DNA from: Torpedo marmorata
Taxonomy: Eukaryota
Direction: 5' to 3'
Assembly (NCBI GenBank): GCA_977017645.1
Contig: OZ360219.1
Coordinates: forward strand, 253,952,001 to 254,016,000
DNA: 64,000 nucleotides
Under the pieces are notes generated by a model. The model searched no databases, was not told the origin of the DNA, and worked only from the letters and a program-made list of their open reading frames with translations. The position numbers and the translations under genes are program-made. Within the stretch, counting starts at the first letter, position 1. Every line of letters begins with the position of its first letter. Positions 12,825 to 24,210 of the stretch are shown in pieces.

Positions 12825-13593
12825 CCGTATATGCCGGCGTAGAGAATGATTCATGTATAGGATGATCCCTGGAATTTCCACCTAAAATGTAGCTTATGAT
12901 CGATACCTTGCTGTATAAGATGACCCCCAAGTCTGGCACTTACCACTGACTACTGACCAGTGCAGTGATGCTGTCACAATATTTTAATACCAAATTACCC
13001 TGCAAAGGTTTTAATTTTATTAGCATATTTTAAAATAAACCACTGTCGGTTCATTTAACAGGCCATTTAAAGCCTCTACAGAGCCAACCCCGCGGGGGAG
13101 CGCTTAGACTTCATTGATAATAACAGGACACGTACTAGATTGGGCTTATTCATGGATGTCATTGCCTGATACAGTGAACTTTAATGTTTTTTCCAATGCT
13201 ATGAAATTGAGGAAGTACCCAGACTGTGGATTGCCCCACTGAAAGGGCAATGGCTCTCAATGCGCGCGCAATCTGAGAGGCTCCCGGAATAGAGGTGAGC
13301 CAGAAACGGTGCGCGCAGTTTTTGTAAACATCACGTCCGCAACTAAACTTCCTTTCTTTTCACTGTCACCATTTGCGTGGAGGTGAGCTAGGTTGTCAGC
13401 ACGAGGAAGGTGGTTGAGTGAGCCTAGGAGACAGGGGATGGGGATAGGATATGGAGGGGGAGGGTGAAGATGGCAGTGGTGTTGCGACTTCGCTGTCAAG
13501 GTTCGGATTTTAAACTCGGAGTATAGACGACCCTCGATTTTTGAGGTGACATTTTTAAGTTTCAAGAATCGTCCTATACGCTGGCATATATGG
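12825..13593. mobile_element. Degenerate TcMar (Tc2/pogo-like) non-autonomous element
   Basis: TIRs CCGTATATGCCGGCGTA / TACGCTGGCATATATGG, followed by TA on the right. Same TIR class as 41192-41926. Confidence 0.6.
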
Positions 13594-13659
13594 TAAATTA
13601 AATTAGACATACAAAATGGTAATAGGCCCCTCCACCCCAAGAGCCTATGCCACCCAATT

Positions 13660-13905
13660 GGGGGCGTAGCCAGGTTCTAAATTTAGGGGGAGCGAGCACA
13701 TAAAAAAGGTGCCACGACACATACCAGATGGTGAGTCAGTGGTTGAATGGCGGGCTTAACAGATTTTTCGGCAGCGTTGGACCGGGGGTGTGGCGGCGGC
13801 ATTAGACCGGGGCAGGGGGGGTGGCGGCGGCGTCGGACCGGGGCGGGGGGTGTGGGGGGGGGGGGCGGCAGCGGCGTCGGACCGGTGAGGGGGGGGGGGG
13901 GAAGT
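13660..13905 (+). repeat. G-rich imperfect tandem repeat (GGCGGCGGCGTCGGACCGGGG...) following a GGGGCGTAGCCAGG transposon-like end
   Basis: Four ~30-35-bp units at 13768-13900 with long G runs. Confidence 0.6.
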
Positions 13906-14265
13906 CGCCACTTTTGAAAAAAGTGATTTGAGAATTACATCTAAGTCAAACCCTAGTGCAGTGCTAAACTTTCAGTGATGTCAAGCGTCCTGTTAATCTG
14001 AAGTTGTTTTCTATCTTAGGTGGATGTAAAAGAACACATGGAACCATGTCAAAGATGAGCAGAAGAATTACCCAGTGACTTGGTAAATATTTATCTATTA
14101 TTCAACATCATTAAAATAGGTCATCTTGCCTTTGCCACATTAACATTGTGGAATCTTGTTACCACACTGACTATTTTGTTCTATTCATCACAATATTGAC
14201 TAAATTTAAAATGTACCTCATACATTGGAAAGTAATTAGGAATTCCAAGATCTTTAAAGATACTA

Positions 14266-14726
14266 CAATACGTTTCCCCGTATCCGAAGTTCTGAATACC
14301 GAAAAGATCCAAAAACCAAACTTTTTTGTGGTGCCAACATGACGTTACAAGTTGAAAAAAATTTATCAGCCGACTTGCCCATGTGGGGCTCTGATGCTCT
14401 GTTGGCACCATTTTGATAAAAACAGAGCTCTCGTGTACTGTATAAAGATATACCGGTAGTTGCAAATGGCAAAAAGGTCTGCAGATAGCACTATGGATGT
14501 CAGTGAAAAGAAAAGTAGGAAGCGTTTATGTTTGTCTTTTTGGTACGTATTAAACATTATTTCATTCTCGAAAAGCCTGCCATTGTTTTTTGTTGTTGTT
14601 TAACCGCTGATACAAGTATCTGCTGATGCTACTGAGCTGCTTAAAGCCATTATTCCGATAACGGAAAAAACCCAATAACCGAAAAACGTCCGGTCCCAAG
14701 CATTTCGGATATGGGGAACCATATTG
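14266..14726. mobile_element. Tigger/pogo-type MITE (Tigger4/MER46-like end)
   Basis: TIR CAATACGTTTCCCCGTATCCGAA / TTCGGATATGGGGAACCATATTG with TA TSD at 14264-14265 and 14727-14728. The end motif ATCCGAAATGCTTGGGACC is on the minus strand. Confidence 0.75.
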
Positions 14727-15729
14727 TAGATAAATGTATGCATGCCTATCCTTTCTTTCTGTTCATAGTACAGTATAGTTGCCTCTCCACTTTCTTACAT
14801 GACTACATTTATCCGTTCCTAATTTTTCTTTACAGCAACAGTCCTTGGGATCTTCTGATATCTCCAGGCTAATTTTCTATTGGAAACTCCAATCCAATTC
14901 AATAGAAAGAACTGCAGACCTCAGGAGATTCTGTGGCACATCACAAAGCCTGGTAACCCTATTTTTATATTCAGTAATTATGAAGATATTTTATGAGAAA
15001 AGGCATATTGTAAAAATAAAAGTAAATATTAAATCAAGCATAACTACAATCAAACATTAACAGAATCATCACTTCAATCAAACATTTAATAGCTTTAAAA
15101 AGTGTATGCAGCAAAAAAATAAAGCTTAACCATTTTAATAAAAATGCACATCTGCTGTTGGAGAAAAAAATATTAAAAACACATTCAATATAAAATTGTT
15201 AAATTGACCATTAAACTGTTTCCAAATGAAATCATTTTAAGCCACCGTACTATAAAAACCTAACCATTAAAGCAAAAAAAAGCAACAAAAAAGCGCTTCT
15301 GTCAGTTTATGTGTACAGTTATGGTATAGAATTATAAAATTACAGTCACACAGTATAGAAAGGTATCAGTCAGTTCATTGCATTTGTGCTGGATCTTTTC
15401 AAAGACTAATTTAGCTAATCTCAGTCACCCATTCTTGTTCCCATTCAGGTACTTTTTTCCCCGTCAAATAATCTTGCCATTTTGTTATTCCAGATCCTAC
15501 CTATTCATAGCATGTTTTTCAATGCATTTCTTTATCAATCACCTTAAAACTATGCCTTGTAGTTTTGTATTAAATTATGGACTCGGTGTGAATGTAGATG
15601 GCACCAAGATTCAAGGTGCCAGTCACTACTTTTCCATCTCATTTTGACCTCTCCATAGATGCAAATAACCACCACTGGTGTCCCTCAATCTCTCCTGGAC
15701 TTCACTTTACCACACATCTTGCCTTCTGT

Positions 15730-15900
15730 TTTCACCTCTCCCACCTTCTGCAACTTAAAACTTGTTTCATTTCTAGCTTTTCCAGTCTTGATGGAACATT
15801 AACCCAGTTTCCCTCCCCAGAGAGGTGGCCTGACCTGCTTAGTCATTTCAGCATTTTCTCTTCACGTTCAGATTTTCAGCATCTGCAGTATTTTCCTTGT
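15730..15900 (+). mobile_element. Penelope-like terminal remnant
   Basis: ttccagtcttgatg...cctgacctgcttagtcatttcagcat...cagcatctgcagt tail shared with the other copies. Confidence 0.45.
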
Positions 15901-16741
15901 GGGAGAACTTGCAGATTTATTGAGAATAAAGGCTTTGGGTGGCTTTCTTTAGGTTTCTGAGCATTAGTAACAAGACCAAACTTGATCATACACAGTTCCT
16001 CGATACACCTGACAATAAACAATTTAATTTAAATCATACCTCCTATCTGTCAGCATGGAAAGGCAGCATGGATAATAAATTTCACGTGCTTCAAATAATA
16101 CTTGCAAAACTAATTTTCAGTTTATTTGAAAGATACAGAATGTGTTAAATATTCACAAGATTATTAGGAAAAAGCTTCGATATAGACCTGCTGCTGCTAA
16201 GATGTACAGTGGGAAAGTCTGTGCACTGTAGATGCTCAGAATGCACAGATGTGCTTAAAAACCCTGACCCAGTTCTCTGAGTTTGAAACATCATTTAAAG
16301 CCCAGGCTTCTGTAACAGTCTGAAGTCTTCATGTGAAAAGTTCATTGACGACAGTAAACTGAAAATTAAGGCATAAATGAAACTCTGTCATTGTGTTGCT
16401 TTTAATTTTCTTTAATTCACTAATTTCAGCTGAAAATGTTCAATTATTGACAAATGAAAATAAAGTATTTCAGAAAGTTTATAAAGCGATTCAGTTCGTT
16501 TACCTGTGGGACGGTGAAATGCTAATATGCTTATATCAGTCTTAATCATAATATATTTTTGCATTTAAAATCATCTATATAACTGTTGGCACAAAAGAGC
16601 ACTTGACAATAGGTCAATGCAAAGCATTAATTAATGTATGTGAGATTTAACCATGAGCAAATGCAGATCACAGCCAAGAGCATTAGCCATAATCTCATTA
16701 TTGTACTATTAGCTATTTTTTTCAATCTATTATTCATTATT

Positions 16742-16990
16742 ATTGGTCACCCAGCTTTTGGAAAGATATCATTAAGCTGGAAAGGTTGCAGAAAAGATTC
16801 ACAAGAATATTACTGGGATTCTCCAATTTTGGGGATGCTAGATAGGCTGGGATTTTTCTCCCTGAAGTGTGTGAAGCTGAGCAAGGGAACTAATAGAGGG
16901 GAAAGATTTAAAAGGAGCCTGAGGGGCATCTTTTTCAGATAGATACAAGTTGGGCAAAGGGCCCGTTTCCATGCTGTAAAACTATGACTC
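16742..16990 (+). mobile_element. CR1 3' end fragment
   Basis: WSP..KDI.KLERLQKRFTRIL-like remnant and tail gggcaaagggcccgtttccatgctgta. Confidence 0.65.
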
Positions 16991-17735
16991 ATTGTCTACT
17001 TTTTAGGTGTCCAGTCTTTGGTACAGGTTCCAGGTTGATTATGTAACTTCAGAAAATGACAATTTTTATGACTGAAACATGGTTATTTCCATATAAATTT
17101 CCAATCAGGAATGGACTGCTATAAAATCTCATGTCCATTTTATAAACAGTCAATAGCACAAATGAGCTACCTAGGAATTCTGTGAGTCAGATAGCATCTG
17201 TGGAAGCCAATGTTTCAGGTCAAAATCCTGCATCAGGACAGAAAGCGTAAAGAGGAGATAGCCAGTGTGGAGTGGAGGTAGGAGGCAGGAGCTGGCAAAT
17301 GACAAGTTCAAGATTATTTTATTGTCATGTAATAAAACAGATGTAAGATTACACAAAATTGCATTTTGTCTGCCAGGTGAATCCAGGAGAGGAGGAGTTT
17401 TGAGTAGATGGGGGCAGGTGGGGAGGGAAGGGAGAGGGGATAGGGGACCCAGTGTGTTAATGTGTGGATGATGAGCAGATAGGTGGGGAGGGAAAATAAA
17501 TAACCAACTGGGACACAGGGGGATGGGGTTGTCTTTGGAAAGGTGTGTGAAAGGAGCTGCGTAGATCAGAGGGAAAGAGAAAGGAACAGAGGGGATGTGG
17601 GTTACCCAAAATTGGAGAATCAAATATCCCTTTACTGCCAGGTTGGGGCCAAACACAAACAGGAACAGCATCCATATTCTGCCTAGACCATCTACAACTA
17701 AATGGCATGAAGATTGAAATCAACGATTTTAGTTC

Positions 17736-17869
17736 NNNNNNNNNNNNNNNNNNNNNNNNNNNNNNNNNNNNNNNNNNNNNNNNNNNNNNNNNNNNNNNNN
17801 NNNNNNNNNNNNNNNNNNNNNNNNNNNNNNNNNNNNNNNNNNNNNNNNNNNNNNNNNNNNNNNNNNNNN
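17736..17869. other. Assembly gap
   Basis: Run of N. Confidence 1.
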
Positions 17870-18142
17870 CCCCCTGTTACTTAGTTTCTTTATCATCCCC
17901 CACATAGTTCCATCTTCCTCAATCCACTGGGTCCCATATCCCCTATCCCCTCCCCCTATGCTTCCCATCTGCCCACCATTCCTCCATTATCTGAGTCCAT
18001 TCATCACATTAATTTCTTATCAGATTCCATAATCTGCAGTGCTTTGTTGTCTCGAGACCCGTTTTCGAAAAAGGGTCCCAAGCAGAAATGTTGATTGTCT
18101 ATTTCCCTCTGATGCACCATCAATAACTCCAAAGACTAGAAG

Positions 18143-19955
18143 TTAGACAGGAACAGGTAGGTTGCAGGCTTTTATAAAATGGAAGAATCTGATGACCCCG
18201 GGGTGGCAGAGGTCGCTGTGGAGGGCTTGTAGGCGGTCTATTTGTGCGCTGGCACATGTTCCACGGGTAAGGGCATCTGGTGGCTCATTGAATTTACCGG
18301 GCTGGTACATCGTAATTGTAGGTGGAAAGTTCAATTCTCCACCTCAGAATCTTGTCGTTCTTAATTTTACCTCGCTGTTGGTTATTGAACATAAACGCAA
18401 CTGAACGTTGGTCAGTTAGCAAGGTAAACCGTTTTCCGGCGAGGTAGTGCCTCCAGTGCCGCACCGCCTCAACAATGGTTTGGGCCTCTTTCTCGACAGA
18501 GGAGTGTCGGATTTCTGGGCCCTGGAGGGTGCGGGAAAAGAAAGCTACGGGTCTGCCCACTTGGTTGAGGGTGGCGGCCAGGGCGAAATCGGACACATCG
18601 CTCTCCACCTGGAACGGGGTGGATTCGTCCACAGCGTGCATCGCGGCCTTGGCGATGTCCGCTTTGATGCGGCTGAAGGCCGAACGGGCCTTTGACGTCA
18701 GGGGAAAATAGGTGAATTTGATGAGGGGGTGGGCCTTGTCCGCATAATTGGGGACCCACTGGGCATAATAGTAAAAGAAGCTTAAGCACCTTTTCAGGGC
18801 TTTGAGGCTGTGGGGTAGTGGGAGTTCCAACAGGGGGCGCATGCGGTCTGGATCTGGGCCAATCACTCCATCCTGTATGACACTGCCAAGGATGGCCAGG
18901 TGTGTTGTGCCAAAAACGCATTTATCCTTATTATAAGTAACGTTAAGGAGCTTGGTGGTCTGAAGGAATTTTTAGAGGTTGGCTTCATGATCCTGTAGGT
19001 CATGGCCGCAAATGGTGATATTATCCAGATACGGGAATGTGGCCTGCAGCTCGTACTGGTCGACCATGCGGTCCATCTCCCGCTGGAAGACCGAGACCCT
19101 GTTGGTGACAACAAAGGGAACCCTCAGGAAATGATAGAGGCGGCCAGCTGCCTCGAAGGCAGTGTATTGGCTGTTTTCCGGTCGGATGGGGAGTTGGTGG
19201 TATGCCGACTTTAAGTCGATGGTGGAGAATACCCGGTATTGGGTGATCTGGTTCACCATGTCGGCTATGCGGGGGAGGGGGTACGCATCCAGCTGCATAT
19301 ATCTGTTGCTGGTCTGACTATAATCGATGACCATCCTGTTCTTTTCCCCATTTTTTACCACTACCACTTGTGCTCTCCAGGGGCTGGTGCTCGCTTCGAT
19401 GATCCCCTCCTTCAACAGCCATTGCACTTCCGACCTGATAAAGGCCCTGTCTCCGGCACTGTATCTCCTACTTTTGGTGGCCACGAGTTTTCAGTCGGGG
19501 GTACGATTAGCGAACAAAGGTGGGGGGGCGTTCCAGAGGGTAGAAAGGCCGAAGGTCACGCGTGGTGGGCGGTCGGCGAGTTGCTGGCTGGACGCGATGG
19601 GAGGGGGACCCGGGGAGCTTCTGTGGGTGAGTTGCAATGGGTGGTTTACAAACTGCGGATTACAGATGGTAAGAGAGGGATGGGGCCCATTGTACTCCAA
19701 CGTCACGCTTTTAAGGAGCTGTGTCATGACTAGTAATTTAAAGTTTTTATATTCTGTGCCCAGTACAGTCAGGGTCACTACATAGTACCCGCGGATCTCT
19801 GCTGTGTGGGACTTGGAAGCCATGGAGACTTTGTGGCTTACTGGCATTACTGCGAGTCGGTAACGCTGTACCGTGTCGGGGTGTATAAAGCTCTCCGTGC
19901 TCCCACTGTCGAAAAGGCAGCTCGTCCTGTGGCCATCCACCTCAATGTCCATCAT
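18143..19955 (-). pseudogene. Mag-like pol: protease, RT, RNase H, start of integrase zinc finger (frameshifted)
   Basis: LFDSGSTESF (PR); IDLKSAYHQL and YLDNITI (RT); ESDVSDFALAA..EKEAQ..TDQRSV (RH); LHSDLCHPG (IN N-terminus), then the deletion. Confidence 0.88.
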
Positions 19956-20060
19956 CGATCTGGCCAGTTGATGGAGGCTCCCTTGATCGAGAGTGATGGA
20001 GGCCAGTACAGAGTTGCTGTTGGATTCTGTAGGGGTGATGCGATGCTCGGGTGTTCGGTC

Positions 20061-20284
20061 CCAAGATGGCAGACCCCATGGTCCTCACACGGCGCTGCCG
20101 GGTTGGGAAGATGGCATCGTCTAAGATGGCGGCCCCCATGGTTTGCACGCGGCGCTCCTGGGTTGGGAAGATGGTGTTGTCCAAGATGGCAGCCCCCATG
20201 GTTCGCACGCGGCGCTGCTGGGTTGGGAAGATGACGTCATCCAAGATGGCGGCGCCCTCTGCTCGAACGCGGCGCTGCTGGGTC
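20061..20284. repeat. 60-bp tandem repeat, ~3.7 copies, between gag and protease
   Basis: C(C/T)AAGATGGC recurs at 20061, 20121, 20181 and 20241. Confidence 0.92.
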
Positions 20285-21080
20285 TAGCGGGCGGTTGGGA
20301 CTTACAGACATTCGCGTAGTGCCCCTTCTTCCTGCAGTTATCGCAGACCGCGTCTTTTGCCGGGCAGCGTTTCCGGGGGTGCTTATCCAATCCGCAGAAG
20401 TAGCACTTCGGCTGGTTGCAGGTCATAGTAGCCGTTGTCGAGTCGGTAACGGAACGTGGCGGTGTTCCACAGGCTTGCGACCCTCCTGCTTCCCAAGACG
20501 GCGGCGCCCGCGGCAACCACAGAGTGGCCGCGCTATCGGCCGAGTATGCGTCCATGTTTTGGAGGGCCACTTCTAATGTGTCCGCTAGGTTTACAGCCCT
20601 CCACAAGTCGAGCTCACCTTGCTCCAACAGTCTCTGCCTTATGTAGTTCGATCGGATACCGGCAACATAGGCATCCCTTATGAGGTCCTCTGTGTACGTC
20701 GCAGCCGTAACGGCCGCACAGTTGCAGGCCCGTCCGAGGGTTTGCAGGGCTAGTAGGTACTCATCACTCGATTTCCCAGGTCGCTGTTTTCGGGTAGGTA
20801 GGAGATGTCTTATGTAGACTTGGTTTACCTTCCTCAGGTACTGGCCTTTTAGCGTGTCCATAGCCTCCTGGTAAGATTCAGCATCCCTGATCATCAAGTA
20901 CACCCGGGGCCTGACCCGGGAATGTAGTAGTTGTAGTTTGTCGTCTTCCGATTGGACGACAGTAGCGGAGACCCTCAAGAATGTCTCGAAACAACACAGC
21001 CAGTGTTCGAAACAGTTGGATGCTTCTGGTGATCAAGGATCTAGCTCCAACTTTTCCAGTTTCAGGTACTGGTCAATTAT
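20121..21080 (-). pseudogene. Mag-like gag with two CCHC zinc knuckles
   Basis: LIRDAYVAGIRSNYIRQRLLE; CYFCGLDKHPRKRC and CDNCRKKGHYANVC. Upstream LEKLELDP*SPEA contains a stop. Confidence 0.85.
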
Positions 21081-22210
21081 TGAAAACAATGTGAATAAAA
21101 TTGATGCACCATCAATAACTCCAAAGACTAGAAGTTAGACAGGAACTGATAGGCTTTTATTCACATTGGAATGGATGTACACTCCTGGTGGTCGTCTGAG
21201 CTGGAATGGGGAGGGAGCTGTGGCACAATAGCCTTTATTCAGGGGTCTGTGGGAGGAGCCACAGGTACAGCCATTAAGGGGCATGTCCAGACGACCATGA
21301 ACATATCTACATGCATTTACAGTGGTTTATCACACCCTCCATGGACGTGGACCTGCTTAGACCCTCCAGCTTCTCAATGTCTGCTCAAAGTTCCATCATC
21401 TGCAATTCTTGTGTTATTCTAGATACAGACATACTAAATATTTGGTAGCATTGGGATTTATGATACATTCAAAGGCATGTCGGTGCAACATTTGGTGCTG
21501 TCAAATCATTATTTGATAGCTGTATTGCAGAACACAATCCAAAAACATCTATTTTAGGTGTTTGATGGTTATACTGTGGAATGCATAATGGAATATTCCT
21601 TTAAGGCACTTGACAGCGTGTGAAGCACTGTAACTGTGGAATGTGTCTAAATTAAGCAAAGCACTCCTCCATGATTTTGGTTCTCCCTTGAAGGTAGGGC
21701 TTTAATGGCAACAACCCACAGTATTCCTTTCAGAGAGAACGACACATAGTTCAACCCAAGTAATATTTTAAATGAGAACTATGCATAGTTCAAAATGAGA
21801 GAAGCCTTAAATGTTTGCTGCATCAATACTGTATATTTTTTACCAGAATAAAGCTAGTTTATAATATTGAATTAGCTGCAAATTTAATGTTTATAGATGA
21901 CAATGTAATGAGTTATTAAGCAAATTTTGCAGGTGAGGTTTACAGATTTGTTAAAACATTTTACCAATTTAAAACGAGAATTGAATGTGAATTTCTACTA
22001 AATTAACTACACTTTATCATTCAAAATGTTTCAATGATAGTAGGATGACCATTTAAAAAAATGTTTTCTACCTATTTTCCCAAGATCAGGCAACATACAG
22101 TATCTTTGACTCCATCATGCCCCAAATGGATTGTCTATCTTGTAATTCAAAAGCTGGGATGTTCCTGCTTGTGGATACCTCCTTCGAAACCAATGATGCT
22201 GATTTGTTAA

Positions 22211-22951
22211 TGTAGCGACTTCGACCAATAAAATAGTCGCTTGGAGGCTAAGTTAGGCATTTGTCTGCGACGCGTTTTCATTTATTTCCAATACAAGTTC
22301 AGTTGTATTTAAATTCTTTATTTTTAACACACAAAACTTGTAACCATCTTCTTTAATGTTCTATGAAAAGTCTTTAAGTAATGTTCTATGTGGCTGATTC
22401 TTAATAACAAAATATTCATATAAAAGTTAACGTGGCTTAACGATGCTTAACGATCTTTAACGATGTTCAACGATATTCAACATAGTTCAACGATCTTTAA
22501 CGTCTTGATGATGCTTAACTTTCTTTAACGCTGGCTTGACGTGTTTTAAAGGTGTTTTAAACGGTCGACAGAAATTGTCGACACCTAACTTACCCTCCTC
22601 AGATTTCCAACTGACGACTTGCGCGGGGGAACCTATATTTAAATGTACGAAGATCCCACCCGCGCATGCTCCGTTGTGCACGCGCTGGCCCCGGCTCCAA
22701 CCGTTCGCTGCCAGCACTGAGCCAAGTGCACGTGTCGACCCAGTCCATGGCCCATGCGCACTGGCGGACGCGCCAGCCCCGGCTGAAGCCGCTGCCGCTG
22801 AACCAACCGCGCATGCGCCGCCACGTTCCGGCTCCGTAAGCGGTGCCGGCCCTCGCGCATGCGGCCTACGGGAAGAGGCCTACGCACCCTGGGACACCGC
22901 CAGTGCCCGAGGCCAAAACAGCAGGTAAGTACTGAGCCTATGGCTCTTACA
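22211..22951 (-). repeat. 3' LTR of the BEL element
   Basis: 741 bp, near-identical to 27354-28095. Contains a 10-bp T(T/C)AACGATNN tandem array (~22427-22520) and a CpG-rich U3. Confidence 0.95.
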
Positions 22952-23215
22952 CCGGCCCCTAATTATTATAATGAGATGTAACGTCTCTAATAATAATTAC
23001 ATAACTATAATCTATTATATAACAATTAACTACATAACATTCGAACGTTACACAGGTCTCTTTTCATCTTCACTTCCACTCTGAAGTCCGTGTAGTGGGA
23101 AAAGTACAAAACACAAAAATCCAACAAAATAAAGGCAGTTTGTACTTATTAAAGTTCCTCCGTCTACTGTAGAATCCATGAGCCAAACCGTTGACCAGCA
23201 AACCTCAGATCTTCC

Positions 23216-24210
23216 TCAGACAGAATAGACACAGCTTTCCTTTTTGAATTTAACACAAGGCACTTCTTCAACATGTCGTTTCACTTTATTTCTTTTTTCA
23301 GTATTCCACTTCTTTTGTGAGGAATTTAAACTCTTAGAACTGGAATTTGAATATTTATTTGATCCTTTCGATTTTAAACAGGTCTGTTTAACCACTCTGG
23401 TTTCTATTGCCTTTTCCTGCAATTCCAAATCCAATTTTGCAACTTTCAATTCCGTCTCAGTTCTTTCCGAGAAATTAATAATTTGATCTGAAGTCAAAAT
23501 ATCATGTGATACGTTAATATTTCCATTGTCAATCCTGTTGCGACAAACTTGAAATTTTTTAATTTCTTCGTCTTGCTTGTTACATTTCTGCAATGCAATA
23601 TCACATTCTTTCTGCATTGTTAATTGTTTTGTGTTATTAATCAATAACTTGTTCTCTTTCAAAACATTAATCTCTTCCTCCAACCTTTAACATTTTGATA
23701 ATGCTGAATCTCTTTCCTCGATAACTGTATTCATTTCTTCAGCAGTTATTCTTTTCTTCCGTTTTCTGACTTTGCGAGTTTTACTTACAATTAAATCTTT
23801 CTGTTTACTGTTTTCTTGATTATCTAATATTTCCAATTCCCCTTTCAACATTTTGTTCTCTGAATTCAATTGCATTAGATTATCATTCGCATTATTCTTT
23901 ATTCCATCAGCACAATTTTCTGTGTTTTCCAGTTTTACATCACATTGTAATCTTTCTTCGTTAGCTTTGTCTGTTGTAATCTCTGAACTACAAAATCTAC
24001 ATTCAGATTTGTTTTCAGTCACTTGTTTTATTCCTGTATTGGATTCAATTACACATGAATGATCAATAGTATTATTTGCAACATTTTCTAATACTTCACT
24101 TTCATCCATTTCTGACGAAATTAATTCCTTCAATGTTGTTTTAAATACCATTGATTTATTTTCACATTGATCTGTTTTCTTTTTTTCAAAAGTGATTTTC
24201 TTATTCACGG
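23216..24210 (-). pseudogene. MIPOL1: MIPOL1-like coiled-coil segment fused in frame after the BEL protease (one TAA at 23687-23689)
   Basis: RITAEEMNTVIEERDSALSKC*RLEEE matches my recollection of vertebrate MIPOL1 RITAEEMSALIEERDAALSKCKRLEQE. KLDLELQEKAIETRVVKQT resembles KFKLELQEKETEAKIAEKT. Intronless. Not verified by search. Confidence 0.65.

Larger units (their letters stand above)
18110..21334 (-). mobile_element. Gypsy (Mag-like) LTR retrotransposon, integrase and most of the 3' LTR deleted
   Basis: 5' LTR 21102-21334 (TG..CA on minus). 3' LTR remnant 18110-~18153 is identical to the start of the other LTR. 5-bp TSD CCCTC at 18105-18109 and 21335-21339. Order gag-PR-RT-RH. Confidence 0.9.
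17175..21415. mobile_element. Penelope-like remnant with inverted termini (17175-17620 minus; 17640-18109 and 21340-21415 plus), interrupted by a gap and the Mag-like element
   Basis: 17660-17732 encodes a decayed EQH.IF.L..LQ.NGM.IE GIY-YIG C-terminal motif. Purine-rich and pyrimidine-rich mirror tracts are present, with hammerhead-like termini at ~17205-17240(-) and ~18065-18100(+). Confidence 0.6.

Noticed and set aside
14020-14082. Possible coding exon between ttag and gtaa
   Set aside because: Stops in all three frames.
20061-20284. CRISPR-like appearance of regular repeats (also 41437-41600 and 41719-41780)
   Set aside because: Tandem units without unique spacers, no cas genes, and located inside eukaryotic transposons.
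22536-22928. 130-aa ORF duplicated at 27680-28072
   Set aside because: Lies in the GC-rich LTR; duplication is explained by the LTRs; no recognisable protein.
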